22,583 nt of DNA from an uncultured cyanobacterium (GTDB lineage: Bacteria > Cyanobacteriota > Cyanobacteriia > CAKZMO01), in NCBI GenBank assembly GCA_937128595.1, contig CAKZMO010000409.1:1-22583 (forward strand), given 5' to 3'. Position numbers and translations under genes: made by a program. Each line of letters begins with the position of its first letter. Positions within the stretch are counted from its first letter, which is position 1. Positions 1-8,833 of this stretch are shown here, piece by piece. Under the pieces are notes generated by a model, which saw only the letters and a program-made list of their open reading frames with translations, did no database searches and was not told the origin of the DNA.

Positions 1-75
1 GGAGAAGCCGCGCACCGCGCGGCTTCTCCATCAATATCTGTCCTAACCTATCTGATTCAATATAATTACTGAAAG
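1..75. repeat. Partial MITE-like element, subfamily 1 (copy A). Hairpin ggagaagccgcgc-acc-gcgcggcttctcc at 1-32 plus the right flank 'aatatctgtcctaacctatctg'. The window edge truncates it.
   Basis: Positions 1-54 match 16528-16582 exactly. Similarity fades after about nt 55, where only 'atataatt' is shared. A tandem 10-mer 'cactcaataa' x2 follows at 84-103. Confidence 0.6.
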
Positions 76-242
76 AGTAGGGCACTCAATAACACTCAAT
101 AAATAGGGGAACTCAAATGAGCGCCCCTACAGATTTGTTAAAACTAGACTGAGGCAACATGCCTCAAATTCAGATTGTGTATGAATCATGCATCAAGGAA
201 GCGATGCGCAATAGAATTGAATAAGGCCACAGGCTGCAATCT

Positions 243-671
243 TCAAGATTCTGGTGGTGACGCTTGGGCTTGAGAATCGAACTTGCGTCCTGCGCCGTAA
301 GAATCAATATCCACCGCTTCGGAACCACCGAAGACCAAAAGCTCTAGCATCGAACCTAGCTGAAACCAAATTAGAGCTGCGGTGGGTAAGACGATGACGC
401 CAGAGATGATGCTCGCGGATAAAATGGAAAATCCGAACACGGTAAGGCTAGAGGCGACGCAGACAGTAACAAACAGGGTCAGCACGGCGTAGGTGAAGAC
501 GATTATCGGTTTTTGGTAATAAACCGAAGTCTGACTCGTTCGGTTGGCGTACCACGAGTTAACCTGGTATTCCAGCATATCTTTGAAGATAAGCCCCCAT
601 GCCACTGCGAGCAGGGTTGAAGCAACGACAATAACGTAGACGGGCTTGAGTACTTCGTGATCAGGAGTCAT
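243..671 (-). CDS. Hypothetical small integral membrane protein with about 4 predicted TM helices. The open frame runs back to a TTG at 710. The first ATG is at 671 (MTPDHEV...).
   Basis: 155-codon ORF with four long hydrophobic segments (VYVIVVASTLLAVAWGLIF, IIVFTYAVLTLFVTVCVASSL, FGFSILSASIISGVIVLP, ALIWFQLGSMLELLVF). I recognise no family. It is divergent from the 759..2404 gene pair. Confidence 0.45.
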   Translation of the reverse strand: MTPDHEVLKPVYVIVVASTLLAVAWGLIFKDMLEYQVNSWYANRTSQTSVYYQKPIIVFTYAVLTLFVTVCVASSLTVFGFSILSASIISGVIVLPTAALIWFQLGSMLELLVFGGSEAVDIDSYGAGRKFDSQAQASPPES

Positions 672-758
672 GAACCAGACCGCAGGTAGGTGGGCAACAT
701 TAGTAAACAAATGTAAAAGAAATTATAGACCTTTGATGGTTCAGCATCAATTTTGACT

Positions 759-1679
759 ATGAAACTTTGGCGATACGACAATGTAGCTATGAAACCAACA
801 GATGCATTTACGATTCAAGCGTTTACTTCTGTGTTGCCAAAGATTGATGTGATGCTGCCTCTAGAGACGAAGCAAAGCATTCACGCGACCGGAACTGAGC
901 TGGCGCAAAATCGATTTTCAGAAGCCGCAGCTACGATGCGAGACCTCGTCAATCGCGATCGCTGCCTTTACAGCGCCTATACCCCCGTCTATCGAAAGTT
1001 TCAAGATCGTTACACCTATGGACTGCTAGGGCGATCGCCTCAGCAATCGGTATCTGCTTCTGAAACTCAGTCAGACTTCGAGTCTTTGTCGGAGATCTCT
1101 GCCGACTCCCCTGAGCAACATGAGTCGTTGGAACCGTCTTCTGCAGAATGGCACGGTTCAAGATCTCAATCAGAGAGTCGCGCTGCTGACGCCTCTTTAC
1201 CGAGTAGCGCTTTTCCTGAAGCTTTGCTCGGACGGATGACCGTTCCTATCTTGACGGCTGATGATTTTGTGAGTTCGGCTCGATCGCTCATCCGTCAGGT
1301 CAAAAATCAGCGAGAGCAGGTTCCTGAATCAATGCATTTGTTTGTGATCATGCTGCAGCGAGCGGTTGCGATCTTTGATGAGCAGACTAGCCGGGTGCTG
1401 CGCTTGTTGGAACATCAGCTCCTGACCCTTGAGGATATTGCCCATGCGCTCAACATGCCTTCAGAACAAGCAGAACGAATCGTGCAAATGCTGCTGAAAG
1501 AGGGTTACATCGATTCTGCGCGGAGCAATCCATTGGGACGAGCCATGGCTGTTTTTATGCCTGCCCCTCGTCCTGTTGCAGACGTTAATCCGGCAACTCA
1601 ATTTGTTTTAACCTCGAAAGGATTTTTTCATCTCAATCCTCTGTTGACGGGGCGCTACTCGGAGGAAGAACTAGAGTGA
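759..1679 (+). CDS. Hypothetical protein. Structured N-terminal region, then a Ser/Glu-rich low-complexity linker (nt ~1035-1209), then a C-terminal region with a helix-turn-helix-like segment (LTLEDIAHALNMPSEQAERIVQMLLKEGYI). ATG at 759; an in-frame TTG lies at 753.
   Basis: Long ORF with coding-like composition. Its stop overlaps the GTG start of the next gene (GTGA at 1676-1679), which suggests translational coupling. No recognisable catalytic motif. Confidence 0.5.
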   Translation: MKLWRYDNVAMKPTDAFTIQAFTSVLPKIDVMLPLETKQSIHATGTELAQNRFSEAAATMRDLVNRDRCLYSAYTPVYRKFQDRYTYGLLGRSPQQSVSASETQSDFESLSEISADSPEQHESLEPSSAEWHGSRSQSESRAADASLPSSAFPEALLGRMTVPILTADDFVSSARSLIRQVKNQREQVPESMHLFVIMLQRAVAIFDEQTSRVLRLLEHQLLTLEDIAHALNMPSEQAERIVQMLLKEGYIDSARSNPLGRAMAVFMPAPRPVADVNPATQFVLTSKGFFHLNPLLTGRYSEEELE

Positions 1680-2404
1680 ATCTGCTGCTGGAATGGATAC
1701 CCTGGCTGGCGATCGCCGCTATCCCAGGTATATTCAACACCCTGGCTGCTTTTGAGGAGTTAAACGATCGCTGTCGGCTGTTGCCTTTTTTTGAACCACT
1801 CAAGACTCCGGGAGTGTGGGTTTGGAGTGTCGTTCAGTTCGGGTTTCCGGCTGGGCTATTTTGGGGATCGACTTCTCTCTCTAGCCAGCCCGATATTAAT
1901 GTGGAACTGGTCAGCAACGCAGCTCTTTTTGGACTAGGCTTCGTTGCAGTGCTTAATGCTCAAATCCAGATCGGAGCAAACACCATTCCGATCAAATCTG
2001 CTTATACATACTTCATCAATATTGCTTATCGCATGATCGCTCACAGCCAAGACGATCGAGTCTACCGATTTTGGCTAGACGTTCAAGATGCACTAGAAAC
2101 TGTGCCGGATCTTTCTCCTGGTTTGGACTATTTACAAGAATATTATGAGATTGAGGTTGAAATTACTCAGCAGCCGATGAGCGATGTATTGCAGGAGTTA
2201 GAGCAAATTCGAGACTTGAGCGATCGCAACGATCAGGCTCGTCGGATCAAATCATTGCTGAAGGGAGTCAGTCGCAAACGACTGTATGGGATTCTGAAAC
2301 AGTTTGCGGTAGACGACGATTTGTTCAAGCAATATTTTATGACATCTAATCAGATTCGAAGACGCCGCCGGAGACGGTGGAGAGTCTTACTAAAACGGTT
2401 TTAG
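1676..2404 (+). CDS. Hypothetical membrane protein with about 3 N-terminal TM helices, a soluble acidic C-terminal domain and a poly-arginine tail (QIRRRRRRRWRVLLKRF).
   Basis: GTG start overlaps the upstream stop. Hydrophobic segments: WIPWLAIAAIPGIF, VWVWSVVQFGFPAGLFWG, ALFGLGFVAVLNAQIQI. The seven Arg residues use mixed codons (cga aga cgc cgc cgg aga cgg), so the tail is not a homopolymer artefact. Confidence 0.5.
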   Translation: MNLLLEWIPWLAIAAIPGIFNTLAAFEELNDRCRLLPFFEPLKTPGVWVWSVVQFGFPAGLFWGSTSLSSQPDINVELVSNAALFGLGFVAVLNAQIQIGANTIPIKSAYTYFINIAYRMIAHSQDDRVYRFWLDVQDALETVPDLSPGLDYLQEYYEIEVEITQQPMSDVLQELEQIRDLSDRNDQARRIKSLLKGVSRKRLYGILKQFAVDDDLFKQYFMTSNQIRRRRRRRWRVLLKRF

Positions 2405-2477
2405 TCGTGCGATCGCCAAATGCTGCTGACATAGCAATATGGAACAAGTCCAAGAGTCTTGTCGATCAGTGATGTGA

Positions 2478-3902
2478 TCAAAACTGGAAATAGATGAATT
2501 CGGTGCTGTCGCGATCGCTGAATAATACAATCCATACCAGCATTAGGCCATATATCGTTATTCTCAACCCTCGATTCAGCTTTGTAACGGCTAACAAATC
2601 CTGCGTAATACCTTGATAAATTTGTATCGCTAACAAAGGCAGGCTAAAAAATACCAAGTCAGCAATTAAATCGAGAGTTTCTTCAGAGGCTACAAAACTG
2701 AGATGAGAGATCATGTAGACAATTTGTGATACTGAAGTTGCCCGAAAAAAGATCCAGCCTAGCGTTGTCAGACTCATGGTCGCGACGATACTCATGAATC
2801 CCCACCACACGTTATCTTGGAGTTTCAATTCCTTCCATCGCAACCCTCGGTGGTAACGAACAGCATGATGAAGAACGAGAAGAATTCCGTGAAATAGTCC
2901 CCATAAGACAAAGTTCCAAGCCGCACCATGCCATAGACCACAAATGGTCATCGTGATCATCAAATTACAATAAGTATTCCATTCCCCGTGGCGACTGCCA
3001 CCTAGCGGGATATAGACATAATCTCTAAACCAAGTTGATAGTGAAACGTGCCATCGGTTCCAAAAATCACTTGGATTTCTAGCAAAATAGGGCAATCTAA
3101 AATTCACAATTAAATCAAAGCCTAGCAACTTAGAAAGGCCTCTAGCGATATCTGAGTAACCAGAGAAGTCACCATAGATTTGAATTGCGAAGGCCAATGC
3201 CCCAATCCAAATGTCGAGTCCTCCAAGTTCTAAATAGTCTTCAAAGACCTCATCGACGATACTAGCAACATTGTCAGCAATAACAATTTTCTTAAAATAA
3301 CCCCATAGGATCAAATATATACCAGCATTGATTTGATTAGAGTTGAGAGTTCGAGGAGATGTAATTTGGGGTAATAACGTTGCAGCTCTCTCAATAGGGC
3401 CTGCAACAAGCTGAGGAAAAAATGATACGAATAAGGCGAAATCTACAAGATTTGAAGTAGGTTTGAGCTTTCGTTTGTAGATATCAATGGTATAGCTCAG
3501 TGTTTGAAACGTGTAAAAGGAGACTCCGATAGGAAGAATGATTGAAAGGCTAGATCCGTTGGCGTTAAACCCCAAATTTTCGACAATAGAGGTGAAGCTT
3601 TCGATGAAAAAATTGAAGTATTTGAAAACTCCTAAGACTGACAAATTGGTGGCTAGAGAAACAGTCAGCCAAAAGCGGCGCGATCGCGCTTCATCGGTAC
3701 GATCAATGTTTTTCCCAGCAAGATAGTCTACGCCGGTTGAAAGCAACAACAGTAATAGGAATCGTAAATCCCAGTAGCCATAAAAGCCATAGCTAGCGAT
3801 CAGAAGAAGCCAGTTTTGAGCCCGATGTCTGTTTTGAAGAGCTAAGTAAAGGCTGTAAACACAGACAAAAAACCCTACAAAAACAAAAGAGTTAAAAAGC
3901 AT
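2478..3902 (-). CDS. MBOAT-family membrane-bound O-acyltransferase (AlgI/DltB/PatA-like).
   Basis: 474 aa with many TM segments. It carries the characteristic C-terminal MBOAT region WNRWHVSLSTWFRDYVYIPLGG...WHGAAWNFVLWGLFHG with a conserved His. ATG start at 3900-3902. Confidence 0.85.
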   Translation of the reverse strand: MLFNSFVFVGFFVCVYSLYLALQNRHRAQNWLLLIASYGFYGYWDLRFLLLLLLSTGVDYLAGKNIDRTDEARSRRFWLTVSLATNLSVLGVFKYFNFFIESFTSIVENLGFNANGSSLSIILPIGVSFYTFQTLSYTIDIYKRKLKPTSNLVDFALFVSFFPQLVAGPIERAATLLPQITSPRTLNSNQINAGIYLILWGYFKKIVIADNVASIVDEVFEDYLELGGLDIWIGALAFAIQIYGDFSGYSDIARGLSKLLGFDLIVNFRLPYFARNPSDFWNRWHVSLSTWFRDYVYIPLGGSRHGEWNTYCNLMITMTICGLWHGAAWNFVLWGLFHGILLVLHHAVRYHRGLRWKELKLQDNVWWGFMSIVATMSLTTLGWIFFRATSVSQIVYMISHLSFVASEETLDLIADLVFFSLPLLAIQIYQGITQDLLAVTKLNRGLRITIYGLMLVWIVLFSDRDSTEFIYFQF

Positions 3903-3919
3903 GGGCTAATTTTAGGAAC

Positions 3920-4026
3920 CTATAGCAATGCGCAGTTAGGTTAGGACAGATATTGATGGAGAAGCCGCGCACCGCGCGGCTTCTCCATCAACGATTGGTT
4001 TTATATCAGCGCGTAGCACTATAGCT
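3920..4026. repeat. Complete MITE-like element, subfamily 1 (copy B). Termini ctatagcaatgcgcag...cagcgcgtagcactatag, central hairpin 3955-3989. Its flanks are inverted relative to copy C.
   Basis: The hairpin gatggagaagccgcgc-acc-gcgcggcttctccatc is identical to the other copies. The left flank is the reverse complement of copy C's right flank, and the right flank is the reverse complement of copy C's left flank. The loop triplet 'acc' is not inverted. Imperfect TIR: CTATAGcaatGCGC / GCGCgtagcaCTATAG. Confidence 0.7.
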
Positions 4027-4079
4027 ACTAAGCTTAGCAGCAACAAAAGCGGTAAATCCTGTAGCTCTATGGCCTGTTC

Positions 4080-6185
4080 TTATGGAAGCTTTTGATGGAG
4101 TTTTGTCTTGGCTGAAATGGAATTAGATGTCATGGAACTAGGACTGCCAGAACGATGCAATCGATTTGACCCGTGTTTTCGTGTTGGATCTTCTGTGTTT
4201 TCCTGTTCTGGGTCGCTGTAGTTGGTTAAAGACTGATCTGAGTCATCTTCAGATTCAGACGATAGGCTGACAACGGGTAAAACAAGAGTCACCGTTGTGC
4301 CTTGATTGAGCCCTTCGCTCGTCAGCGTAATGGAACCGCTCATCAACTCTACTAGATTTCGCGAAATGGCTAAGCCAAGTCCTGTGCCTTCAAATTTGCG
4401 TGTTGTGCTGCCATCGACCATGACAAACGGGCGAAATAGCTTGCTTTGCTGGCTTGGCTCGATGCCAATGCCTGTATCGATGATGTCGATCGCCACCCAT
4501 ATTGGCTGATCAGATGAGCTGTTGTTGTGGTGAGAGTCTGCGTTGGAGGCTCGAAAAGTCCGCTGTGTGATAGTAATTCCGCCTTGGTCGGTAAATTTGA
4601 TGGCGTTGTAGATGACGTTGAGAAGCACTTGCTTCAACTTGTTGACATCTGCATTGACCACAATATCGTTCTCGAAGCCCGGAGCCCTAAGCCATAGACC
4701 TTTTCGCTGGGCTTCAACGGTCTGCATGTTGACAACGTGCTTTAACACGTCGTTGAGGTTAACGTGCTCCATCGCTAGGGTCAAAGTACCCGCTTCAATT
4801 TTGGCGACATCTAGCAGATCGTTGATAATTTTGAGCAAATGAATTGAGGACTGATCCGCTCGTTCCAAAAACTCTAATTCTTCTTCGCGATCGTCACAAC
4901 ACCCATCTTGAATCAGTCGGATACAGCCGATGATGGCGTTGAGCGGTGTTCTCAGCTCGTGAGACGTATTTGCTAAAAACTCGCTCTTTAATTGGTTGGC
5001 GTTTTCCGCTTCTTGCCGCGCCATTTCTAGTTCGGCTGCTCTGTCTTCCAACCGCTGAACCATTGCTTCTAAAACTTCGGCTAGATGGTTGAATTCCTGA
5101 ATGTGAAAGTTTTTAGGAATGGAGTGAAGCTGATGGGCGCAGATACGGCTCGCATAGTGACCTAGCTGTTCTAGAGGGCGAGCCAAGTCGCGGGCGGTGT
5201 AAAGAACTGCAGAGATGTGTGCAATCAAGAGCATTACGGTTAGGGCAAGTAAAATGCGCTTGAAATCTTGAAGTCCGTAAAGGGCATTTTCCAGAGGCGT
5301 CGCTGCCAATACGACCCACGTTTCATTTTGAGTCGGTGAAACCGCGATTTGAATGGCGCTGTAGCCAGCCAGCCATTCTCTCTGATCTTCGGTGATGCTG
5401 AAGAGATGTCGAACATCTCTCTCGCCTCTGAGGGCATTTTTGACAGCACTTTCGAAGCGATCGCCCTCCTCTCTATTGCTGACGTTCGTCCCTACTTTTT
5501 CAGAATCAGGATGAGCCAATATTGTGCCGTCCTCTCTGACGATCAAGGTATAGCCAAGCAGTGATTTGAAATCTACGCTTTCGATTTGAGAGAGTTGGGC
5601 ATAGGCTCTCAACACATAACGGGGAGCATTGTTGCTGCCGTATACGGGAGTCTCCGCGATAACGTTGAGTGCCCCACCCGAATCAGGGTTTTGAGATGGA
5701 GTTTCTACCTCAACGAGCAGTCGCTGTAGTTGAAAGCGATCGCTTGATAACACGCTTCGAGTGCGAGGCCAAACTTGATCAGAATTGGGATTAGACAAAA
5801 CACTCGGCTCACAGGTACTAATCTGTGGAACTCCAGTTTCCCACTCCAGAAGTTCTAGACAGCGCAGCTGCGACTGCTCTGTAGTGACTAACGCTTGGGA
5901 AGAAATTTCCTGTAGAAAATCTTGGATTTCTTCTGTCGTTCCTTCTCGCAGCGTTAAGGTTTCACTAGAGGCAACTAAGCTTGTCTGCAGCGCTTGGACG
6001 GAAGATTCCACGGTTTCTGCTTTTCGAATGGCACTTTCTGCTATATTTTGCCGAGCGGTGTAAAGCAGATTGCTTCTAGCCTTGCGGAAAGCAACAGCGA
6101 GTCCAATCAGCAAAATCGGGATGCTAACTAACAAAATCCGCAGCAACATGATGCGTCGGAAGGAAGGTTGCGTTAGAAATTTCAT
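4080..6185 (-). CDS. Sensor histidine kinase. TM1, a periplasmic sensor domain of about 270 aa (Cache-like), TM2, HAMP, HisKA (SHELRTPLNAI), HATPase_c, then an acidic Ser-rich disordered C-terminal tail.
   Basis: H-box HELRTPLN. N-box and G-boxes present (NVIYNAIKFT, IIDTGIGI, GTGLGL). Two hydrophobic segments bracket a large extracytoplasmic region. The tail reads SSESEDDSDQSLTNYSDPEQENTEDPTRK. Confidence 0.85.
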   Translation of the reverse strand: MKFLTQPSFRRIMLLRILLVSIPILLIGLAVAFRKARSNLLYTARQNIAESAIRKAETVESSVQALQTSLVASSETLTLREGTTEEIQDFLQEISSQALVTTEQSQLRCLELLEWETGVPQISTCEPSVLSNPNSDQVWPRTRSVLSSDRFQLQRLLVEVETPSQNPDSGGALNVIAETPVYGSNNAPRYVLRAYAQLSQIESVDFKSLLGYTLIVREDGTILAHPDSEKVGTNVSNREEGDRFESAVKNALRGERDVRHLFSITEDQREWLAGYSAIQIAVSPTQNETWVVLAATPLENALYGLQDFKRILLALTVMLLIAHISAVLYTARDLARPLEQLGHYASRICAHQLHSIPKNFHIQEFNHLAEVLEAMVQRLEDRAAELEMARQEAENANQLKSEFLANTSHELRTPLNAIIGCIRLIQDGCCDDREEELEFLERADQSSIHLLKIINDLLDVAKIEAGTLTLAMEHVNLNDVLKHVVNMQTVEAQRKGLWLRAPGFENDIVVNADVNKLKQVLLNVIYNAIKFTDQGGITITQRTFRASNADSHHNNSSSDQPIWVAIDIIDTGIGIEPSQQSKLFRPFVMVDGSTTRKFEGTGLGLAISRNLVELMSGSITLTSEGLNQGTTVTLVLPVVSLSSESEDDSDQSLTNYSDPEQENTEDPTRKHGSNRLHRSGSPSSMTSNSISAKTKLHQKLP

Positions 6186-6577
6186 AGGCAGTTAGCGATA
6201 AACGTAGCTTGTGCCTTACACATCTAGGTAATAGCGTAGTACTTCATTGTAAGTGTGTGTTTGAGTTATCAAGGGTAATGCGGACTTTTTTATGGTGCTT
6301 TATCTGCTTTATCTATGTGAAGACACGCAAGAGAAGGGCGATCGCCATCGGTGTCGTAACGCGCAAATAAGTGCATTCTACTAAAAATCACTGAGATAGT
6401 CTCGATGAGGGAAGTCTAGAGATTCAATTTAACAACTCAAGAATTGATGTCAAAATTTTCTAGCCACCGTATACCGTTAAATTTTTTACAAAACAAAATT
6501 CAAGCGATTACATTAAAGTGGAGTCTCAATGCGTTGTGGTGAATGAGCATTGTGCATTGGGATGAATCAACACTGAG

Positions 6578-7783
6578 ATGAACGAACAGGAACCCTATCA
6601 GCAACTCATGGTAGACCATACCTCAAATCTCTATTCCTTTCGCTGGATTCATCGAGTCGCAGACATCGCCAAAGATCAATGGAATGCTCTGGCGATGCCC
6701 TTAGCGACTCCTTTTTTTGAGTGGGATTGGTTGCACAGTCTAGAAGCGTCAGGCAGCGCAACTCCTAGGGCCGGATGGACGCCCTGTCATCTCACTGCCT
6801 GGAAAGACAAGGAACTCGTGGCGATCGCCCCTCTCTACCAAAAAAAGCATAGCTATGGTGAATTTATTTTCGACCATGATTGGGCTAACGTTGCTTATCA
6901 GCTGGGCATTGAATACTACCCTAAACTTCTAGGCATGTCGCCGTTTACGCCTGCTGAAGGCTATCAATTTTTAATGGCTCCTGGAGAAGATGAAGATGAA
7001 CTGACGCGGCAGATGGTCAGCGAAATCGACCATTTTTGCGATCGCCACAACATCTCAGGCTGCAACTTTCTGTACGTTGATTCTGTCTGGCAGCAGCGGA
7101 TGGAGCGTCTTGGATTCGTACCTTGGCTCCACCACAGCTACGTCTGGCAGAACGAAGACTATCAAAGCTTTGACGACTATCTCAAAGCTTTTAACGCGAA
7201 TCAGCGCCGCAATATCAAGCGCGAGCGTAAAGCAATGAGCAAAGCTGGCATTCAGATGCAAGTTTTGGCCGGAGAGGAAATTCCCAAGTCTCACTTTTCG
7301 CTGATGTATGAGTTTTACAGCGATACTTGCGATAAGTTTGGCTGGTGGGGTAGCAAATACCTGACACGACGTTTTTTTGAACAGCTTCACTCTTGCTTTA
7401 GAGAGCGAGTCGTGTTTGCGTCTGCTCATGTCGATGATGTCAAAAAGCCGATTGGCATGTCCTTCTGCCTAACGAAGGGCGATCGCCTCTATGGACGCTA
7501 CTGGGGGTCGTCTCACGAAATTGACAACCTCCACTTTAATGCCTGCTACTATTCCCCAATTGAATGGGCGATCGAGAATAACATCAAGATTTTTGATCCT
7601 GGGGCGGGAGGTCGCCACAAAAAACGCAGAGGTTTCCCAGCCCGTGCAAACTACAGTCTTCATCGCTTCTACAACAAGCGAATGCAAGATATTCTGGAAG
7701 GCAACATCGATATGATCAATCGGCTAGGCAGTCGCGAAATTGAGGCTGCAAATCAAGATCTGCCGTTCTCTTTCTCCAATTAA
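6578..7783 (+). CDS. GNAT-fold acyltransferase-like protein of the DUF482/FemAB-like family.
   Basis: 401 aa. I recall its size and motifs (N-terminal W-rich region; C-terminal RYWGS...YYxxIEWAIExxIKxFDxGAGGxHK) as typical of the bacterial DUF482 family of predicted N-acyltransferases. The family assignment is from memory, not from a search. Confidence 0.5.
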   Translation: MNEQEPYQQLMVDHTSNLYSFRWIHRVADIAKDQWNALAMPLATPFFEWDWLHSLEASGSATPRAGWTPCHLTAWKDKELVAIAPLYQKKHSYGEFIFDHDWANVAYQLGIEYYPKLLGMSPFTPAEGYQFLMAPGEDEDELTRQMVSEIDHFCDRHNISGCNFLYVDSVWQQRMERLGFVPWLHHSYVWQNEDYQSFDDYLKAFNANQRRNIKRERKAMSKAGIQMQVLAGEEIPKSHFSLMYEFYSDTCDKFGWWGSKYLTRRFFEQLHSCFRERVVFASAHVDDVKKPIGMSFCLTKGDRLYGRYWGSSHEIDNLHFNACYYSPIEWAIENNIKIFDPGAGGRHKKRRGFPARANYSLHRFYNKRMQDILEGNIDMINRLGSREIEAANQDLPFSFSN

Positions 7784-7808
7784 TCTATTGCAACAGTATC
7801 TTCGCGAC

Positions 7809-7837
7809 AGTAGGGGCACCGACCGCGATGCCTCTAC
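7809..7837. terminator. Candidate bidirectional stem-loop between the convergent genes ending at 7783 (+) and 7846 (-).
   Basis: AGTAGGGGC-accgaccgcgat-GCCTCTACT gives an imperfect 9-bp stem with 8 of 9 pairs. An outer inverted repeat GACAGTAG...CTACTGTC lies at 7805-7850. There is no clear U-tract. Confidence 0.3.
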
Positions 7838-7845
7838 TATCATGT

Positions 7846-8697
7846 CTACTGTCCTGCTTCTAACAACTGGTTTTGGTCAAACAGGAAGGGTACACCAGGA
7901 GAGTTGCCTGTCGTCACAAGCACCTCTGGCATTTGAGCGCCTCCTTCTTTCCAAGCTTCAATGGCCTCTTTTTGAAGCACCAAGTCGCCGCCCTGGGCTT
8001 TTAAGGTTTCTGCCAAGAGCCGCTGTGCTTCAGCACGACCTTTTGCTCGGTTAATATCTGCTTGGGCTGCTTGAGCCGCTTCCTGGGCAACGTAGACGGC
8101 TCGTCGGGCTCGCTGCTCGGCAATTTGCTTATCTTCAACAGATTTTGCAAATTCTTTGGAGAAATTGAGGTCAATAATACTGGTATCGAGCACCACGATG
8201 CCGTACTTTTCAAGGCGCGTGCTTAAGGCTGCGTCAAAATCTTGTTTGAGCTCAGACCGTTTTGTAATTGATTCTTCGATGGTGCGCTGAGCGGCAGCTA
8301 TTTTGAACGACTCCTGAGTTTGCGGAGCGATAATCTTGGAAACTAGGTTGTCCAGTGTTCCTTGAGTTCGGCGAATTTCGACGACTCGTGAGGGGTCAAG
8401 GCGAAAGTTGATGGCAAAGCTTGCTTTTAGGTTCTGCAAGTCGCGCGTCGAGCTTTCGGCTGGAACCTCAAATTTCTGCACGGTGACATCGTAAACGTCT
8501 ACTTTTGATACTAGAGGAGGTTTGACATGAATGCCTTCCAGCAACGATCCTTCACGTGCTTTACCCAGGATGCTGATAACACCGGCTTGCCCCGGATTGA
8601 TTACCACAAATGAGTTGAGAGCGACAATGAGAAGCGCAAAGACAATGAGCGAGGTTAATATGGTCGATAAATTTTGAGTTTGTTGCTGGTTTTTCAA
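7846..8697 (-). CDS. SPFH/Band-7 domain protein of the prohibitin (PHB) family.
   Basis: N-terminal TM anchor (ILTSLIVFALLIVALNSFVV), then an SPFH domain, then an Ala/Gln-rich coiled-coil (AEQRARRAVYVAQEAAQAAQADINRAKGRAEAQRLLAE) typical of prohibitins. TTG start. Confidence 0.8.
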   Translation of the reverse strand: MKNQQQTQNLSTILTSLIVFALLIVALNSFVVINPGQAGVISILGKAREGSLLEGIHVKPPLVSKVDVYDVTVQKFEVPAESSTRDLQNLKASFAINFRLDPSRVVEIRRTQGTLDNLVSKIIAPQTQESFKIAAAQRTIEESITKRSELKQDFDAALSTRLEKYGIVVLDTSIIDLNFSKEFAKSVEDKQIAEQRARRAVYVAQEAAQAAQADINRAKGRAEAQRLLAETLKAQGGDLVLQKEAIEAWKEGGAQMPEVLVTTGNSPGVPFLFDQNQLLEAGQ

Positions 8698-8833
8698 GAT
8701 TGTGGCTCCCTAGGGCTTTTCTCACTCGGGTCGTGCATTGTCTCTCAGCAATAGAACGAATGACGAACCCAAACGTTTGGTATTCTACCGTGCATTTTGA
8801 TGGGATGCCGCTTTGTTAAAAGGGCTTTTGGTA

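Noticed and set aside
4306-6063. Several 60-92-aa ORFs (4306..4509, 4612..4842, 5113..5319, 5240..5449, 5349..5564, 5785..6063) inside and antisense to the histidine kinase gene.
   Set aside because: All lie within the 701-aa kinase ORF, whose motifs are unambiguous. They are low-complexity, Ser/Arg/Cys-rich shadow frames.
7055-8213. ORFs 7055..7429(-), 7469..7687(-), 7491..7715(+), 7740..8054(+) and 8001..8213(-), which overlap the DUF482 and prohibitin genes.
   Set aside because: They are shadow ORFs of longer, motif-supported genes. 7740..8054 reads through the convergent terminator region into antisense prohibitin.
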